From NCBI GenBank assembly GCA_024679065.1, contig JAGIQG010000007.1:125550001-125614000 (forward strand): 64,000 nt of DNA, given 5' to 3'. Below, piece after piece: positions 27,335 to 40,784 of this stretch. The notes below the pieces were generated by a model, which was given only the letters and a program-made list of their open reading frames with translations, made no database searches and had not been told where the DNA came from. Position numbers and translations under genes: made by a program. Every line of letters starts with the position of its first letter. The stretch's first letter is position 1. This DNA is from Sphyrna mokarran (Eukaryota).

Positions 27335-29688
27335 CAACTTAATACATACTTTGGTTCCCTCTTCACGAAAGAGGACACACTTTTGTTAAGAAATACAAGA
27401 TTTAATGAGGGGGAAGAACTAAGGGAGATCAATATTTAATACAGAAATGGTGCCAGGAAAATTGATGGGATTGAAGGCAGGTAAATCCACAGAGCCTGAT
27501 AATCTACATCCCAGAGTACTTAAGGAAGTGGCTCTAGAAATAATGGGTGCATTAGTGGTGATCTTCCAGAATCCTATAGACTCGTGGAACAGCACTTACA
27601 GATTGGAGGGTAGCTAACGTTACTCCAATATTCAAAAAAGGAGTTCAAGAGTGTTAGTGTGAGTGGGCAAAACGACCACTATGGACCCAGGGTCTAGTTT
27701 ACTAACAGTACAGTTTTATTTTCTTTTACGTCGATGGAGGTGCAGTTAGGACATACAACCAAACTGTTCCAAAAGCATTGTAAAGACCTGCCGCAATGAG
27801 CTACAGTTATACCCAAATTTTGGTGTCGTGTGCAATTCAAATGTTAATGCTTTATTTACAGTATTTGATTTTAGCCATCCTATCTTGATGTTTTCAAGCA
27901 TTGAGACAATAGTTTTAAGTGTGTGTTAATCGTTTTTGTCTGGTTATTAATGGTCTAGAATCTCCGGGGTTTGAACAATGGGTGTGCGATTATTCTCAGG
28001 AAGTTTGAGGGGGCAGGCATGCTTCCTTAGTTAGTTATGCTCTTTTCAGGTGTCTCCATAGTTTGTTTGGTTGGTTTAGAAGTGCTGATTTGGTGAGGTG
28101 CGGATGTGTTTTTTAAGTTATTTCCTGAAAGTGCCATCCTGACCCTTTGTGCTAGCCCTTATTTACATTCTAAAAGCATGTTCCTGCCTGCAAGCCTATG
28201 TCTGTTCCTTTGTGATTTTTAGTGGGGAGGCTCTGAGTGTGATTTTAGTCTGTTTCCATATTGTGTGCCCAATTTCATAAAATTTGTTGTCTGCTAATAA
28301 GAGAAAAAAAGGATTTATTGACCAGAAAGCTTAACATGGGTATTAGGGGAAATTCTCAAATCCACTATCAAGGACTTAATAGCAGAGCATTTAGAAAGCA
28401 GTGGCAGGATCAGACAGAGTCAGCAGAGATTTATGAAGGGGAAATCATGTTTGACAAATTTGTTGGAATTCTTTGAAGATGTAACTAATAGAGTTGACAA
28501 GGGGAAGCCAGTTGACATGATATATTTGGATTTCCAGGAAGTGTTTGACAAAATCCCACATAAGAGATTATTGTGCAAGAATAAAGCACATGGGATTGGG
28601 AGAAGTGTATTGACATGGATAGAAAACTGGTTGGCAGAGAGGAAACAAAGGGTAGGAAATAATGGGTGTTTTTCAGGCAGTAACTAGCGGGAAGGCCACG
28701 GGAATAGTTGCTGGGATCCCAGCTATTCACAATATATATTAATGATTTGGATAAGAGAACAAAATCCAATATCTCAAAGTTTGCAGAAGCTGGCTAAGAG
28801 GGTGAACTGTGACGAAGATGCAGATATCCTTCAGAATGATCTGGACAAGTTGGGTGAATGGGCAAATCAATGGCAGATGTAATACAATTTGGATAAGTGT
28901 GAGGTTATTCACTTTGGAAGCAAAAACAAGAAGGCAGATTACTATCTGAACAGCTGTAAATTGGGAGAGGGGAATGTGCAATGGGATCTGGATGTCCTTG
29001 TGCACCAGTCACTGAAGGTAAGCATGCACGTGTAGCAGGCAGTAAAGAAGACAAATGGTATGTTGGCCTTTATTGTGAGAGGTTTCGAGTACAGGAGCAG
29101 GGATGTGCTGTTGCAATTATACAGGGCCTTGGTGAGGCTACACTTAGAGTATTGTGTACAGTTTTGGTCCCCTTTTCTGAGGAAGGATGTTCTTGCTCTT
29201 GAGGGAGTGCAGCAAATGTTTACCAAATTGATTCTGAGGATGGCAACACTGATGTATGAGGAGAGATTGACTCGGTTAGGACTGTTTTTGGTGGAGTTCA
29301 GATGAATGAGGGGGAATCTCATGGAGATTTATAAAACTCTAACAGGACTAGACAGGGTAAATGCAAGGAGGATATTTCCCATGGTGGGGAAGTCCAGGAC
29401 TTGTCTGAGGATTCAGAGTAGACCATTTAACATAGCGGTGAGGAGACATTTCTTCACTCAAAGAATGGTGAGCCTATTGAATTATCACAGGAATTATTTG
29501 ATACCAAAACGTTGAATATATTCAAGAGGCAGCTGGATAATAGCACTTGCATGAATGGGATCAAAGGTTATAAGGAAAAAGCAGGATTAGGCTATGGAGT
29601 TGGATGATCAGCCATGATCGTAACAAATTGTGAAGCAGGTTTGAAAGGCCAAATGGCTGTTCCTGCTCCTATCTTCTATGTTTCTATT
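27335..29688 (+). mobile_element. CR1 LINE ORF2 (RT) plus 3' end, interrupted by a solo LTR at 27652-28298
   Basis: KGKSCLTNLLEFFE, DMIYLDFQEVFDKIPH, LYRALVRLHLEYCVQFWSP and FFTQRMV motifs. Tail ttctatgtttcta. Confidence 0.95.
27652..28298 (-). mobile_element. Solo LTR, copy 1
   Basis: Starts TGTTAG and ends ctgctaat (decayed TAACA). Flanked by AAGAG at 27647-27651 and 28299-28303. Minus-strand TATA-like motif and AATAAA. Confidence 0.8.
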
Positions 29689-29798
29689 GTGAGAAAAATC
29701 AAAAGTATTAAAACATGTAATTACGCTGAAAGTACAATTCAGTATAGGGGTCATTCGATAGAAAAGAACTTAAATCTTGCTGAAAACAGGAACATGCT

Positions 29799-30446
29799 TG
29801 TTAGCACGAGTGGGCAAAATGACCACTATGGACGCAGAGCGTAGTTCAATAACGGTACAGCTTTATTTTCTTTTACGTTGACAGAGGTGCAGTCAGGACA
29901 TATAATCAAACTGTCCCGAAAACACTCGAAAGATCCGCCGCAATTATACCTGAACTTCGGTGTATTGTACAATTCAAATGCTAATGCTTTATTTACCGTA
30001 TTCGATTTTAGCCATCCTGTCCCCGTGTTTTCAAGTATTGGGATGGTTGTTTTAAGTGTGTGTTAATCATTTCTGTCTGATTGGTTAGCGATGGTCTGCA
30101 ATCTCCGGGGTTTGAACAATGGGTGTGCGATTATTCTCAGGAAGTTTGAGGGGCCAGGATACTTCCTTAGTTATGCTAATTTTTAAGTGTCTCCGTAGGT
30201 TGTTTGACTGGTTTAGAAGTGCTGATTTGGTGGGGTGGGGATGTGTTTTTTTTAAGTTATTTCCTGGAGGTGCCATCCTGACCAGCTTCTCCTGTGTGAT
30301 AGCCCTCATTTGCATTCTAAAAGCATGCTCCTGTCTGCTAACCTGCATCTGTTCCTTTGTGACCTTTAGTGGGGAGGCTCTGAGTGTAATTTTAGTCTGC
30401 TTCCATATTGTGTGCCCAATTTCATAAAATTTGTTGTCTGATAACA
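29799..30446 (-). mobile_element. Solo LTR, copy 2 (same family)
   Basis: TGTTA...TAACA termini with a perfect 5-bp TSD ATGCT (29794-29798 and 30447-30451). Collinear with copy 1. Confidence 0.85.
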
Positions 30447-31356
30447 ATGCTATTGAAGGTTTTGGTCTTCAAAATCTTCAACAGCTTGCCCTTGCTTTCA
30501 GCAATTAATATATATCAATAAAGAACACAAAATTGAATGATATTGTCATAAGGTATATTGATCAAATAAGATTAACTAAAAAAGGCAGAGGTTTGTTAAC
30601 TTATCCGGGATCCTGCATTCTGAAAAAAAAATGCACATTCATCATAAATCTCCTTCTGCATATCTCCTAATGTAAGCTCCCAAAAATGCTTTCATCTGCT
30701 TGATGGAAGTATATTTGAATCTTCCGATGAGAAGGGAAATCGATTTGTCAGAGTGAATAATGTGTTGTGTACAATTAAGAGCAACATATTCAGATACTGA
30801 GTTGTGCTTTCTACCCTGCTGTGAGACTTCAACTTAGAACCTGACTATTAGATTAGATCCTGATGCTGAGTAAATTTTTCACAATCCTAGGAATAATCTT
30901 TTGAATCATTGACTGTTCAAGCTCTATACGCTGTCTGAAGAATTTATTTTCAATCTGAGGATAAACTGTCTGTTTTTCCTTAATTTTTGGCTTTAATTCT
31001 CTCTAAACCATACATGGACTAGATGAGAAAGCGACACGTTCTTTGATTTACATTAGCAATCCATTGGAACACAGAAACAGATCATTCAGGACAACTAATT
31101 TGTGCCAGCATTTATGTTCCATGTTAATCTCCTCTCACCCATTTTCATCGAAGTCTGCCTGTGCGACTTTTTGTCATTTTGCTCCTCATATTTATCTGGC
31201 TTCCCCTTAAATGCATCAGTGATGATCACAACAACTGCACATTGACCATCCTGACCACCTGAGTAAAGATGTTTCTCCTGAATTATGTGCTGAATTTATT
31301 GGTGATGAAGTTCTTTTTGCACCTTATGTACACAACACTGGCTATGTTGTATTTTT

Positions 31357-31568
31357 TTTAAGTTTATTTGTTAGTGTCACATTAACACTGCAATGAAGTT
31401 ACCATGAAAATCTAGTTGTCACTCTCCAATGCCTGTTTGGGTACACTGAGGGAAAATTTAGCATGGCTAATGCACCTAACCAGCCTGTCTTTTGGCCTGT
31501 GGGAGGAGATCGGAGCATCTGGTGGAAATCCACACACACATGGGGAGAACATACAGACTTGGCACAGA
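31357..31568 (-). mobile_element. V-SINE lacking its head
   Basis: V-domain plus second tail type on the minus strand. Confidence 0.8.
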
Positions 31569-31914
31569 TAGGGACCCTTCTGTCCAATTCTGTGCTTTTC
31601 AAATGGAAGTTGTTGTTCAGATATCAGTTTCTCTTTCATTTCAGTTCTCCTTTTCTCATCTGTTCGTCTTTCATCCGTCTCCGTTCCTGGGGTTGACCAT
31701 GCTATGAACAACCTTTCCTCGCTGGTTTCTGCTCTCCACTGCCCTTGCTGCTTGTCATATGGAGAGGCCAGTCTACATTCTGATATTATCCATCCCGTGC
31801 TATCTTGGGCTTGCCTTGGGCTGTTGTCCAGGTGATTCTCCTTGTATCACACCTTTTTCCAAACAGTCCCTTCCTGTTCTCAAGGTATTCCTAGAATATG
31901 AAGGCTTCCACACG

Positions 31915-32885
31915 GATTGGTGCTTGGTCCTATGCTGTTTGTAGTGTCTTTGAATGACCGAGACAGGAATGTGAGGGATAAGATCAGGAACTTTGCAGGT
32001 GACATGAAAATTGATGGTGTGGTAAATGGCAAGGAAGAAAACCTTCAGTTACAGGATGATATAAGTGATCAGATCAGTGACAAATGGAATTTAACCCATA
32101 ACTGTGCAAAGTGGTGCATTTTAGGAGGACTAACAAGGGAAGGGAATGTACAGTGGATGCTACAAAGTACAGAGAACTAGAGGGATTTTGGAATGCAGGT
32201 CTCCGAATGTAACAGGACAGATAGATAAAGTGGTAAGGAAGGCTATAGGATACTTGCCTCTATTAGTCAAGGTATCAAATCTAAGAGGTTCTGATGGAGT
32301 TAAGTATGATGGAGGTTATTAAAATGCTCAATGGCCACAGCTATAGTACTGTGTGCAGTCCTGAATGTCACATTCAGAAAGGATGTGATTGCATTGGAAA
32401 GAGTGCGGAGGAGATTCACCAGGATGTTGCCTGGGCTGGAGCATTTCAGCTACAGAGAGAAGCTGGTTAGACTGGGCTTGTTCTCCTTTGAGCAGAGAAG
32501 ATTGAGGGGCAACCTGATTGAGGTGTATAAAATTATGAGGGACATAAATGGGTAGATAAGAACAAACTGTTCCCCTAGGTAGAAGAATCAATAGCCAGGG
32601 GCTATAGATTTAATGTCAAGGACAGGAAATTTAGAGGGATTTGAGGAGAAACTTTTCTAGTCCCGAGGCTGGTGGGAATCTGGAACTCACTGCCTGAAAG
32701 TGTGGTAGGAGCAGGAACTCTCACAACATTTAAGAAGCATTTAGACAAGCATTTGAAATGCTATAGCATACAAAACTTACAGAGTAAGTGCCAGAAAATG
32801 GAATTAGAATTGATAGGTGCTTGCTGTTTGTCATAGACATTGTGGGTTAAAGAGCTTCTTTTTGCACTGTAAAATTCTAAGATTG
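31915..32885 (+). mobile_element. CR1 LINE 3' part
   Basis: VLGPMLF...FAGDMKI and RKDVIALERVRRRFTRMLPGLEHFSYREKLVRLGLFSFEQRRLRGNLIEVYKIM. Confidence 0.92.
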
Positions 32886-34344
32886 TAGGACAGGTTCTCA
32901 AACAGCTTCCTCTAAATAGTAGTTTCTTTCGGGCACCCACTTTGTTTGTCTGTTTTGAAGTCCATGACATGTAACATCCAACCGAACCCTTTCATTTCAA
33001 ATGCCCTGATTCAAGCTTCACCACTCTTCTTGATGGTCCAGCTTTCACTAATCCATTGTCACCAACTACTCAGGTTTTCAGAAGACAAATTTTCATTGTG
33101 ATCGAGATAATGTGGCTCTGAATTCACGATATCACGACCCTTATGAAGTCCAGCCCAAATTTATTTGGTAGATTCTGCACATTCCATGTTGCAGAGTGTC
33201 GCGACATAGAAGAAAATATCACCCTGTTTGAGATAAGCAGCATTAGTTAAATCTTGAAGGTCGTTCTATCCAGCCTATCATCATTGCCTTGTCAACATTG
33301 AGCAGGATAATCTGCCAACTTCTCTAGCTCCTCCACCAAACTAGCAAATGGAATAACAATTATCTAAATTTTAGTCCAATTGAACCAGATTATCTTTTGA
33401 TTCAGAGCCAATTTAACATAACTGACCCAGTGGGAACCCTCACCTTTCCATTTCAAGACTGCCTAATTTTGATTTCTGTCGTAAAATGTAATTGGGTTGG
33501 GATTAAATCAGGGTATCAATTTGATTGCAGCTGTTTGAGTTGTTAAAATTGCATTCACATATTTCTCAATGAGGCAAGATTAGTCAAAGAAATACTGATT
33601 GTAGTTTAGTTCCATACCCTTCTGATTGAACCTGGACTCCTGGCGTTACCATCATCTCTCAGCTCCTTAGTCACTCACTCTCTCAAGAGCAATATTCTTT
33701 TCAACTTTTATTTAGTTACAATTTGCAGCAAGGTGTATGAAGAATGTTTCCTTCATCCCATAAATTATTTCCAAATGGAACAATATTTTACCAGCACTAT
33801 TTCATTTTATTCAGTTGAGAGCAGCTTTGTGATCAGGATGAAAAATATAATTCAGAAACAAACATTTTACACAGACTTGTCTTCCTTATCTGATTGGAAT
33901 TCCAGAAGGTGAACACAGATGCAAGCTCATATATATGTCTACCTAAACCATTCTTGACTGATTTTTCTTTTTCCTCAGTACTGGGACACAATTAAAAAAT
34001 TGTCCTGCGCCAGCTTCCATTAGTTCATTGAAGTACATCCATTATTCAACAGTTAAAAGTTAAAACCCCAGTCGTGAAATAGTCTGTGGCTACAAAGGCA
34101 GTTCCCACCATTCCTGCTGCTCCAAAGTTCTCATTTCATCGTGTATCATTTATTTATGTTCCATAAAGTCATCAGAAGTTTAGATAACATTTAAAAATAA
34201 GGAACCAGTGGTGGTATTTTAGGAAACCATAGAAAATTACAGAATCTCAATGGAATGCACATCTACTTTGGACTATCTACTTGAAATGTCATGAGAATCA
34301 GGATGAATGGGAAGGCTAGATGAGGATTTAAGGATAGAAACTTA

Positions 34345-35140
34345 ATAGCTTTAGGCTATTTGGCTCATTGAGCCTGCACTGCCATTCAATTAGAGCGTAG
34401 CTAAACATCTACCACAATGCTACTTTCCCACACTGTCTCCATATGCCTTGGCGTCATTAGTCTCCAGAAATCTGTCAATTTCTATCTTGAGTATGCTTGA
34501 TAATGAAGCTTCGACAGCCCTCTGGGTTAGAGGATTCCAAAGATTCATCGCCCTCTGCATGAAGAAATCCTTCCTCATCTCAATCGTAAATGGTCTGCCC
34601 CTTACCCTTTGATGATGTTCCCTGGTTTTGGAATCAGCAGCCAGGAAAAACATCTTATTTACATCCAGCCTGCCACGTCCTGCAGGAATTTTGTAAGTTT
34701 CAATGAGGTTACCCCTCGTTCTTTGAAATTCTAGGGAATACCGGATACAGTCACCTCAATTTCCCCTAATACTATCACCCTGCTATCTGAGGGATTAATC
34801 TAGTAATTCTCCATTGTGTTGCCTGTATGGAAAATCTATCCTTTTTTAGATAAGGGGACCAAAACTGTGCCTAATACCTCAAGTGATGTCTTACCAAGGC
34901 TCTGTACAACTGTAGCAAGAACCTTCTACTCTTGTACTCAAAACCCCTTGCAACAAATGCTGTTATACCATTTGCTTTCCTAACTGCTTGCTGCACCTCC
35001 ATGGTAGCTTTTAGTGACTCATTACCAAGAACACAAAAGTCCTTCTGAACCCATCTTCAATTTTCAATCTCTAGAATTGAATACTTCAATTCTAGAAGTA
35101 TTCTACTTTTCTGTGTTTTTCCAACAAAATGAATAACTTC
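34345..35140 (-). mobile_element. CR1 LINE 3' part
   Basis: ORF 34420..34653 contains SKTREHHQRVRGRPF...FFMQRAMNLWNPL. Confidence 0.88.
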
Positions 35141-35519
35141 ACACTTGCTTCGAAAGAAAATTATGCTTGCAAAGTACCTGGATGTGATGGGAGTAGACTT
35201 TGAATGACGTGCGTGAAGCAGGTAGTGTGAAACTGTGAAATTGCAATCGCGTGGTGTGGTTATGAAGCTGCCTCCTGCAGTCAAACCAAGAATGTGGTGC
35301 AATGACCTACTTGATCATTTCCAGTCATACTGGTTTTGTTGCAGCAGTAGATTTCTCCTATCTCTCAGCAGAGAAGAGTATCTCTCTCTAACCCATCACT
35401 TCATCCAACAGTGCATCAAGCAATGCATTGTTAAACCGAGGTTGCTCTGAATTCATGATGGAAACTGCTCTTTTTGTTCAAACTCAACTTCCATTTTTGG
35501 AAACAGCCTGACTGGACAG

Positions 35520-35760
35520 TTACCTCCCCAACCCTTCTCTTCCTGCTCACCGGTTCTTTCCTCCCCTTCCTCTTTTGGCTCTTCCATCTCCCCTTAACTC
35601 CTCTTCTCTCTGTTACTCCCTCTCTCGACTTTTCCCACATGCCACCTTCCTTCCTCCTGCTCATTGCCTCGCTCCTGTTTGCTGCTTCCCTCTTCAACCC
35701 TCTCACTCACCACCTCTCCATCTCATCATCTCCCTTTTACTGATCACTTCCTCTTCCAAA
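35520..35760. repeat. Pyrimidine-rich low-complexity tract
   Basis: Strong C/T skew on the + strand. Confidence 0.7.
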
Positions 35761-36374
35761 CAGTTTCCTTGAGTGAAAACAGCTGTCCTGCAAATGGTGC
35801 TGACATTATAGAAAAATAACTTGGCAATTATAGTCAATTACAGCAAACTAGAATTAAGAAAATTTTCAAATCCTTCATTTACTTGCATATTTAAATCCTG
35901 GATTTTCACCCTTCCTCAGTTGATGAAAATCTGACTTCTGCTAATCCTTGATTTGCATTGCATATCCCCACATCTCACCTCTGGAATTTGTTATGGAATA
36001 ATCTGGTCTTGCTCACACTCTGGTGAAGGTCGAAAAGCAGAATGTTATGGGGCCTAGGCAGATGAAGATTAATCTGTTCTTGCTAAAATAGTAGACACTG
36101 ACTCCTTTGAAGGTCTGTAAATTGATAAAGATTTTCATTAGATATTAAAGAGCTGTTATAGAGAAGGCATGAAACTTTAAGTTGAACATTTTGACTTTCA
36201 CACTGCCCTTGAGCTGCTAGGAAGCTCCAGTTATGTCTTCAGCAGTGGCTAGTTTCTGTGAGGATGTCCTTAGTGAAGCAGGGATGTCTAGCACAATATC
36301 TGTCCCTAAAGCATAGAAAGCATCCTTTCCAGATGTATAACAGCTTGCTATGTCTCCTGCTGTGACCAAGACAG

Positions 36375-36795
36375 CAACAAACTATAAAGGGTCGTGAATG
36401 TAGTCTAGCCCATCACGCAAACCAGCCTCCCACCCTCTGACTCTCTCTATATTTCCCACTGATTCAGAAAAGCAGCCGTATAATCCATGCACCCTTGGCA
36501 TACTCTGTTCCACTTTTCTTTCCGTCAAGAAAAACGATACAAAAGTCTGAGATCACGTACCAACCAACTCAAGAACAGCTTCTTCCTTGCTGCCATCAGA
36601 CTTTTGAATGAACCTACCATATCATAAGCTGATCTTTCTCCACACCCTTATTGTGACTGTAACACTATATTCTGCACCCTATCCTTTCCTAATCACCTGT
36701 GTGTTCTGTGAATAGTATGTTTCGTATGTATAGTTCGCAAGAAACAATGCTTTTCATTGAATCCCAATACATGTGACAATAGTCAAATCAAATCA
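36375..36795 (+). mobile_element. Rex1/Babar LINE 3' end
   Basis: RVVNV..PITQTSLP...RYKSLRSRTNQLKNSFFLAAIRLLN and (tcaaa)n tail. Confidence 0.85.
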
Positions 36796-36997
36796 AGTTC
36801 AGGTAGGAAAATTGGTCCTTGAACAGCCTAGGTGGAAAGAGCTTCCTGTTGTGAGCTCTCTTCCTTCTCATTCTCTGCCCTATTTCATTAGGTTCTCCTG
36901 TTCTATGCCACCTCTGTGCCACTTGTCATACCTCAGGGAGAATGACACCTATCTACTGAGCGCATGACTGGAACCAAGTGGTCTGTTCAAAATCCTT

Positions 36998-37195
36998 AAA
37001 CACAGTAAGAAGTTTCACAACACCAAGTTTAAGTCCAATCAGTTTTTTTGATAGTAATCACACAAGCTTTCAGAAACGGTGTTCCTTTGTCAGATATGTG
37101 GAAGATTCTGGTCACAGAAAGGCATATAAAGACGTACACAGTTTACAGAATACTGATTAGAATGCAAGTCTTTGCAGCTAACCTGCTATTCTCTT
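36998..37195 (-). mobile_element. Penelope-like terminal fragment with hammerhead motif
   Basis: Collinear with 16460-16620. Minus strand ctgacaaa-ggaac-acc-gtttc-tgaaagcttgtg. Confidence 0.75.
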
Positions 37196-38227
37196 GAACT
37201 TAGCTTTGCTTACATCCTGCAATCAGTTTTTAGCCTGAGGCTGTGCAGACACATCATGAAGTGTGGGTGAATTTTTTGCTAAACCATCTATCCAAGTCAT
37301 TAATTAATAATATTTAATGGAGCAGAAGAAAATTGCAACAAGGACCTTAAAATGATTGCCACCTGTCTTCTTGAAAGATAAAAGAATTAGCAAAACAATG
37401 TTGATAACAATAACCTATATTTATATAGTGCCGGAAATCAAGGTGCTTCACGCGAGTTATAAGAAATAAACTGACATTGAGCTGCATTTGAAGATGACCA
37501 AAAACCTAGTCAGAGTGGTAGATTTCAGAGAGCATCTAAAAGGAGGAGAAGAAGATAGAAAGATATACGTGCAGCAAGATTGGATTAGATAGGGTTAGCA
37601 TGGACAAGATGGCCTGAATAGCTCCTCCTATGTTGCATTGTTTCTATGGTGTCTATATGGGAGAAATTTGTCAAGCATTGTGCTCCCAGTGTTGCAGTGA
37701 TTAAGATTAGGGATGCTCCAAAGTCCAGAACTAAATGAGTGCAGAGTACTTGCTCAAGATCAAACTGGCTGAAACTAGTTTTGAGTTGGTCTCAATTGGA
37801 TTCTACTTGAGGTGCAGGATAAGTTGGTCTCATTGGAAATCCAACAATGACTTCCAATTGTTGAGTTGGTGCCAGTACTTTTCAATCAACTTCAGCTGGA
37901 ATTATCTGTTGTCACCTTGTTGACTGAGAAGTTTTTTTTTAGTCAGGAAGATTAGTCGTTTATAAAAAAAAAATTTGGAATACTGTGATGCTCTGATTTA
38001 GTTATTGGATTCTGCTGGAGAGTTGACATAATTCCATACATTTTATTGGGAATACCTTTTAGCCACCTCACCTTACATCTCTTCACTTTCACTTAGCCAG
38101 GAGATCATTGCAAGAAGGTTTATCTGTCAGTAAGAGATGTCAGACTGGAAAAGGCCAGCAACTTTATTCATGAGAAGAGGAAAATCACATGAAGCAGCAT
38201 CCCAAATGAAATGTCTTCCGAAAGTTT

Positions 38228-38495
38228 TTGATTGGATTTGATTTGATTTACTATCGTCACATGTATCAGTTTCTAGTGTAAAGTATTTTTTTCTTGTGCA
38301 CAATACGGACAAATCATATTGTACGTGGAGAAGGAAAGGAGAGGGTGCAGAATGTAATGTTACCATCGTGCAGAGAAGATCAACTTAATGTGAGGCAGAT
38401 CCATTTGAAAGTCTGATGGCAGCAGGGAAGAAGCAGTTCTTGGGCCGCTTGGTATATGGTCTCAGACTTTTGTATTTTTTTCCCAATGGAAAGGT
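38228..38495 (-). mobile_element. Rex1/Babar LINE 3' end
   Basis: Reverse complement of the 36520-36795 sequence. Confidence 0.8.
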
Positions 38496-38911
38496 GATTG
38501 CAGTGATCAAGAAAAACAAACATGGAATCATTGAATTCCGACAGTGCAGAAGAGGGCCATCCAGCTCTCTGATGGTCCAAGTCTAGATGCCAAGTCAGCT
38601 TGGAAAGATCAAGGAGGAGGAGCACCTTTGCAGGAAGATCAGTTGTTTACTGACAAGTGAAAAGTCAATTACACAGCAAAATTCTGAAGTTTAGCTCACT
38701 TTATCAAATGATTTAAAATCACAGTAAAAAAACTGCAAATAAAAAGTTTAGCAAATAACTTTCGATCAATATTTTGTTTATAGTAGATTAGTTGCAACGT
38801 CTAAGCTGGTAATTTTCCATACAACAATAAAATACTGCCGATGTGGGAAATCTGGAATAAAAACAAAACATTTTGCAATTACTCAGCAAGTCTGGCAGCA
38901 TCTATGGACTC

Positions 38912-39337
38912 AATAAGAGGTCTGACAACACCACTTTTAAATCCAACCAATCGGCCTTTGTAGCCTTCGTCAGGCAAATGAGGTGTCCTGGTCTGCAATA
39001 GCGTGCATATCAGCACAGACAGTTTACAGATTACTGATTAGAATGCGAATCCTTACACCTAACCTGCTATTCAAGTCTTAAAGTGGCTAACAATGTGAGT
39101 GGAAGGAACACTGAGCACAGGTTAGAGAGATATGTATTGTCTCCAGACAGCACAGCAAGTGAGGTTTTTTGCTAACCCAGGCAAGTTGTGGGTGTTCCAG
39201 ATAGTGTGACATGAAGCCAAGATCCCTGTGTGGAACTTGGCTATCAGTCTCTGCTCAGCGGCTCCGCGCTGTTGTGTGTCGTGAAGGCCCCCTTGAAGAA
39301 CGTTTACCCGAACGTCAGAGGCCGAATGCCCGTGACC
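38912..39337 (-). mobile_element. Penelope-like element 3' fragment
   Basis: Minus strand GHSASDVRVNVLQGAFTTH...AEQRLIAKFH, a GIY-YIG C-terminus homologous to 16660-16885. Confidence 0.8.
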
Positions 39338-39490
39338 AGGAGTTCAGGAAGCATCTGTGGAGAGAGAAACAGTTAACCTTACAGGTCACACAAACTGACA
39401 AAAGGTCATTGACTTGAAATGTTTCTCATTTCCTGTTCCACAGATGCCTCCTGAACTCCTAAATATATTTAGCAAAGGCTGCTTTTATTC
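39338..39490. repeat. Palindromic element with a central hammerhead-like motif
   Basis: Arms 39338-39361 and 39437-39460 are reverse complements at 23/24 positions. Core ctgacaa-a-aggtc-att-gactt-gaaat at 39395-39420. Confidence 0.8.
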
Positions 39491-40784
39491 ATCATTTTCA
39501 ATTATGGTTATGAAAATCTCTCTACACTCAATGATTGGAATGGATAAGCCCTGGAGCAGATGCACTTTAAATTTATCTTTTCCACTTTAAATATACATAC
39601 CTAAAGAAATGGATGAGAGATTATTTTCACTTTTTCCATTAATGTTCAGGAGTTTGTCAGTTATTCTCTTTTAGAGAGACTGATGGAGAAAGTTAGCCAG
39701 ATAAAGTCATAAAGAAAAGGACAGAAAGTGTCAACAGTGGACTGTCCCCACCATTGTTTAAAGAATCGAGGCTCTGATGCAGGGTTATATGTCAGTCCTC
39801 TTGGGGATAGTATGATTGGTTATGTCAAACATTAATTACCTTCAATAATGCATATTGGATTTGAAAATTAAAATGGAAAAGAAATCTATGGAGATCGAAG
39901 GCAACATTTTCAAACTGCTTTGACTTTTAAAGTTGCCACTTGAGATTATGTCATTAGCACCACAAGGCACGTGAAAAAGGATCAAAAGCACAACTTGGCA
40001 TAATACAAGCTCGAGAATTGATTAGAACGTAACTATGCAGTATGATTCAGAGCAGTGCATTAAATCACAGCTTGAATGTGTCTAACTGTGCTAAGCACCT
40101 TAATGGCAGCACAGTCGGAATCCTATCACCATTCACACCAGTGTTCTTTTCCCATCTCTCTGCAGTGAACAAGGATTTGACTTGCTGTCAAATTCTCTGA
40201 CTTTGCAATAACAGGGACGTGAAGCTAGCCTATGACCTGTAATTCAGGATATACTTGGTTAAAATAGGTTCCTGTTGTTTGAATGTTTGACTACTCACGT
40301 TGCCAGCTGGAAGTGAGTTACTATTTTATGTCACTTGGCCAGTAGTCCTTTGCTAGAATACTACAATCATTTTGCCCATTGAGTATGTTCCAGCTATTAG
40401 ATTCTTCGCGAGATGGTAATTTATCACCTTTTGAATGTAGCCTTTCTAATCTGACAGTTTACAATGCTAAATGTTCATTTATCCTGGTGCTACTCGAATG
40501 GAAGAAAAGGGATATCAGGACAACTTTGGGTGAAATTTATGGACCTACTCCCTATCACAATGGTGGGAGCATTTTCAAGTTAGGAATCTATCCCTTCATA
40601 TAGTGATCTTCTGGTTATTCTCTCAAGGATGAACTAATTAATAACTCGCCTTCAGGATTACATTCCAATTAAGGGGAGAGTGGGAAGGATGAAACACTGA
40701 TGAAGACTCTATACTTTAAGGGACATTGGCAGCACTGACAGTAGCAACATTGTATGTTACTGAATTAGTGACACAAAGGGGAGG

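Noticed and set aside
27652-30446. A single LTR retroelement carrying a CR1-type RT between two LTRs
   Set aside because: Each LTR has its own TSD, and the CR1 extends outside the first LTR.
40703-40727. Resemblance to the 5' end of U3 snoRNA (aagactctatactttaagggacatt)
   Set aside because: Only ~25 nt with indels, no downstream U3 boxes, and it sits next to a transposon relic. Likely chance.
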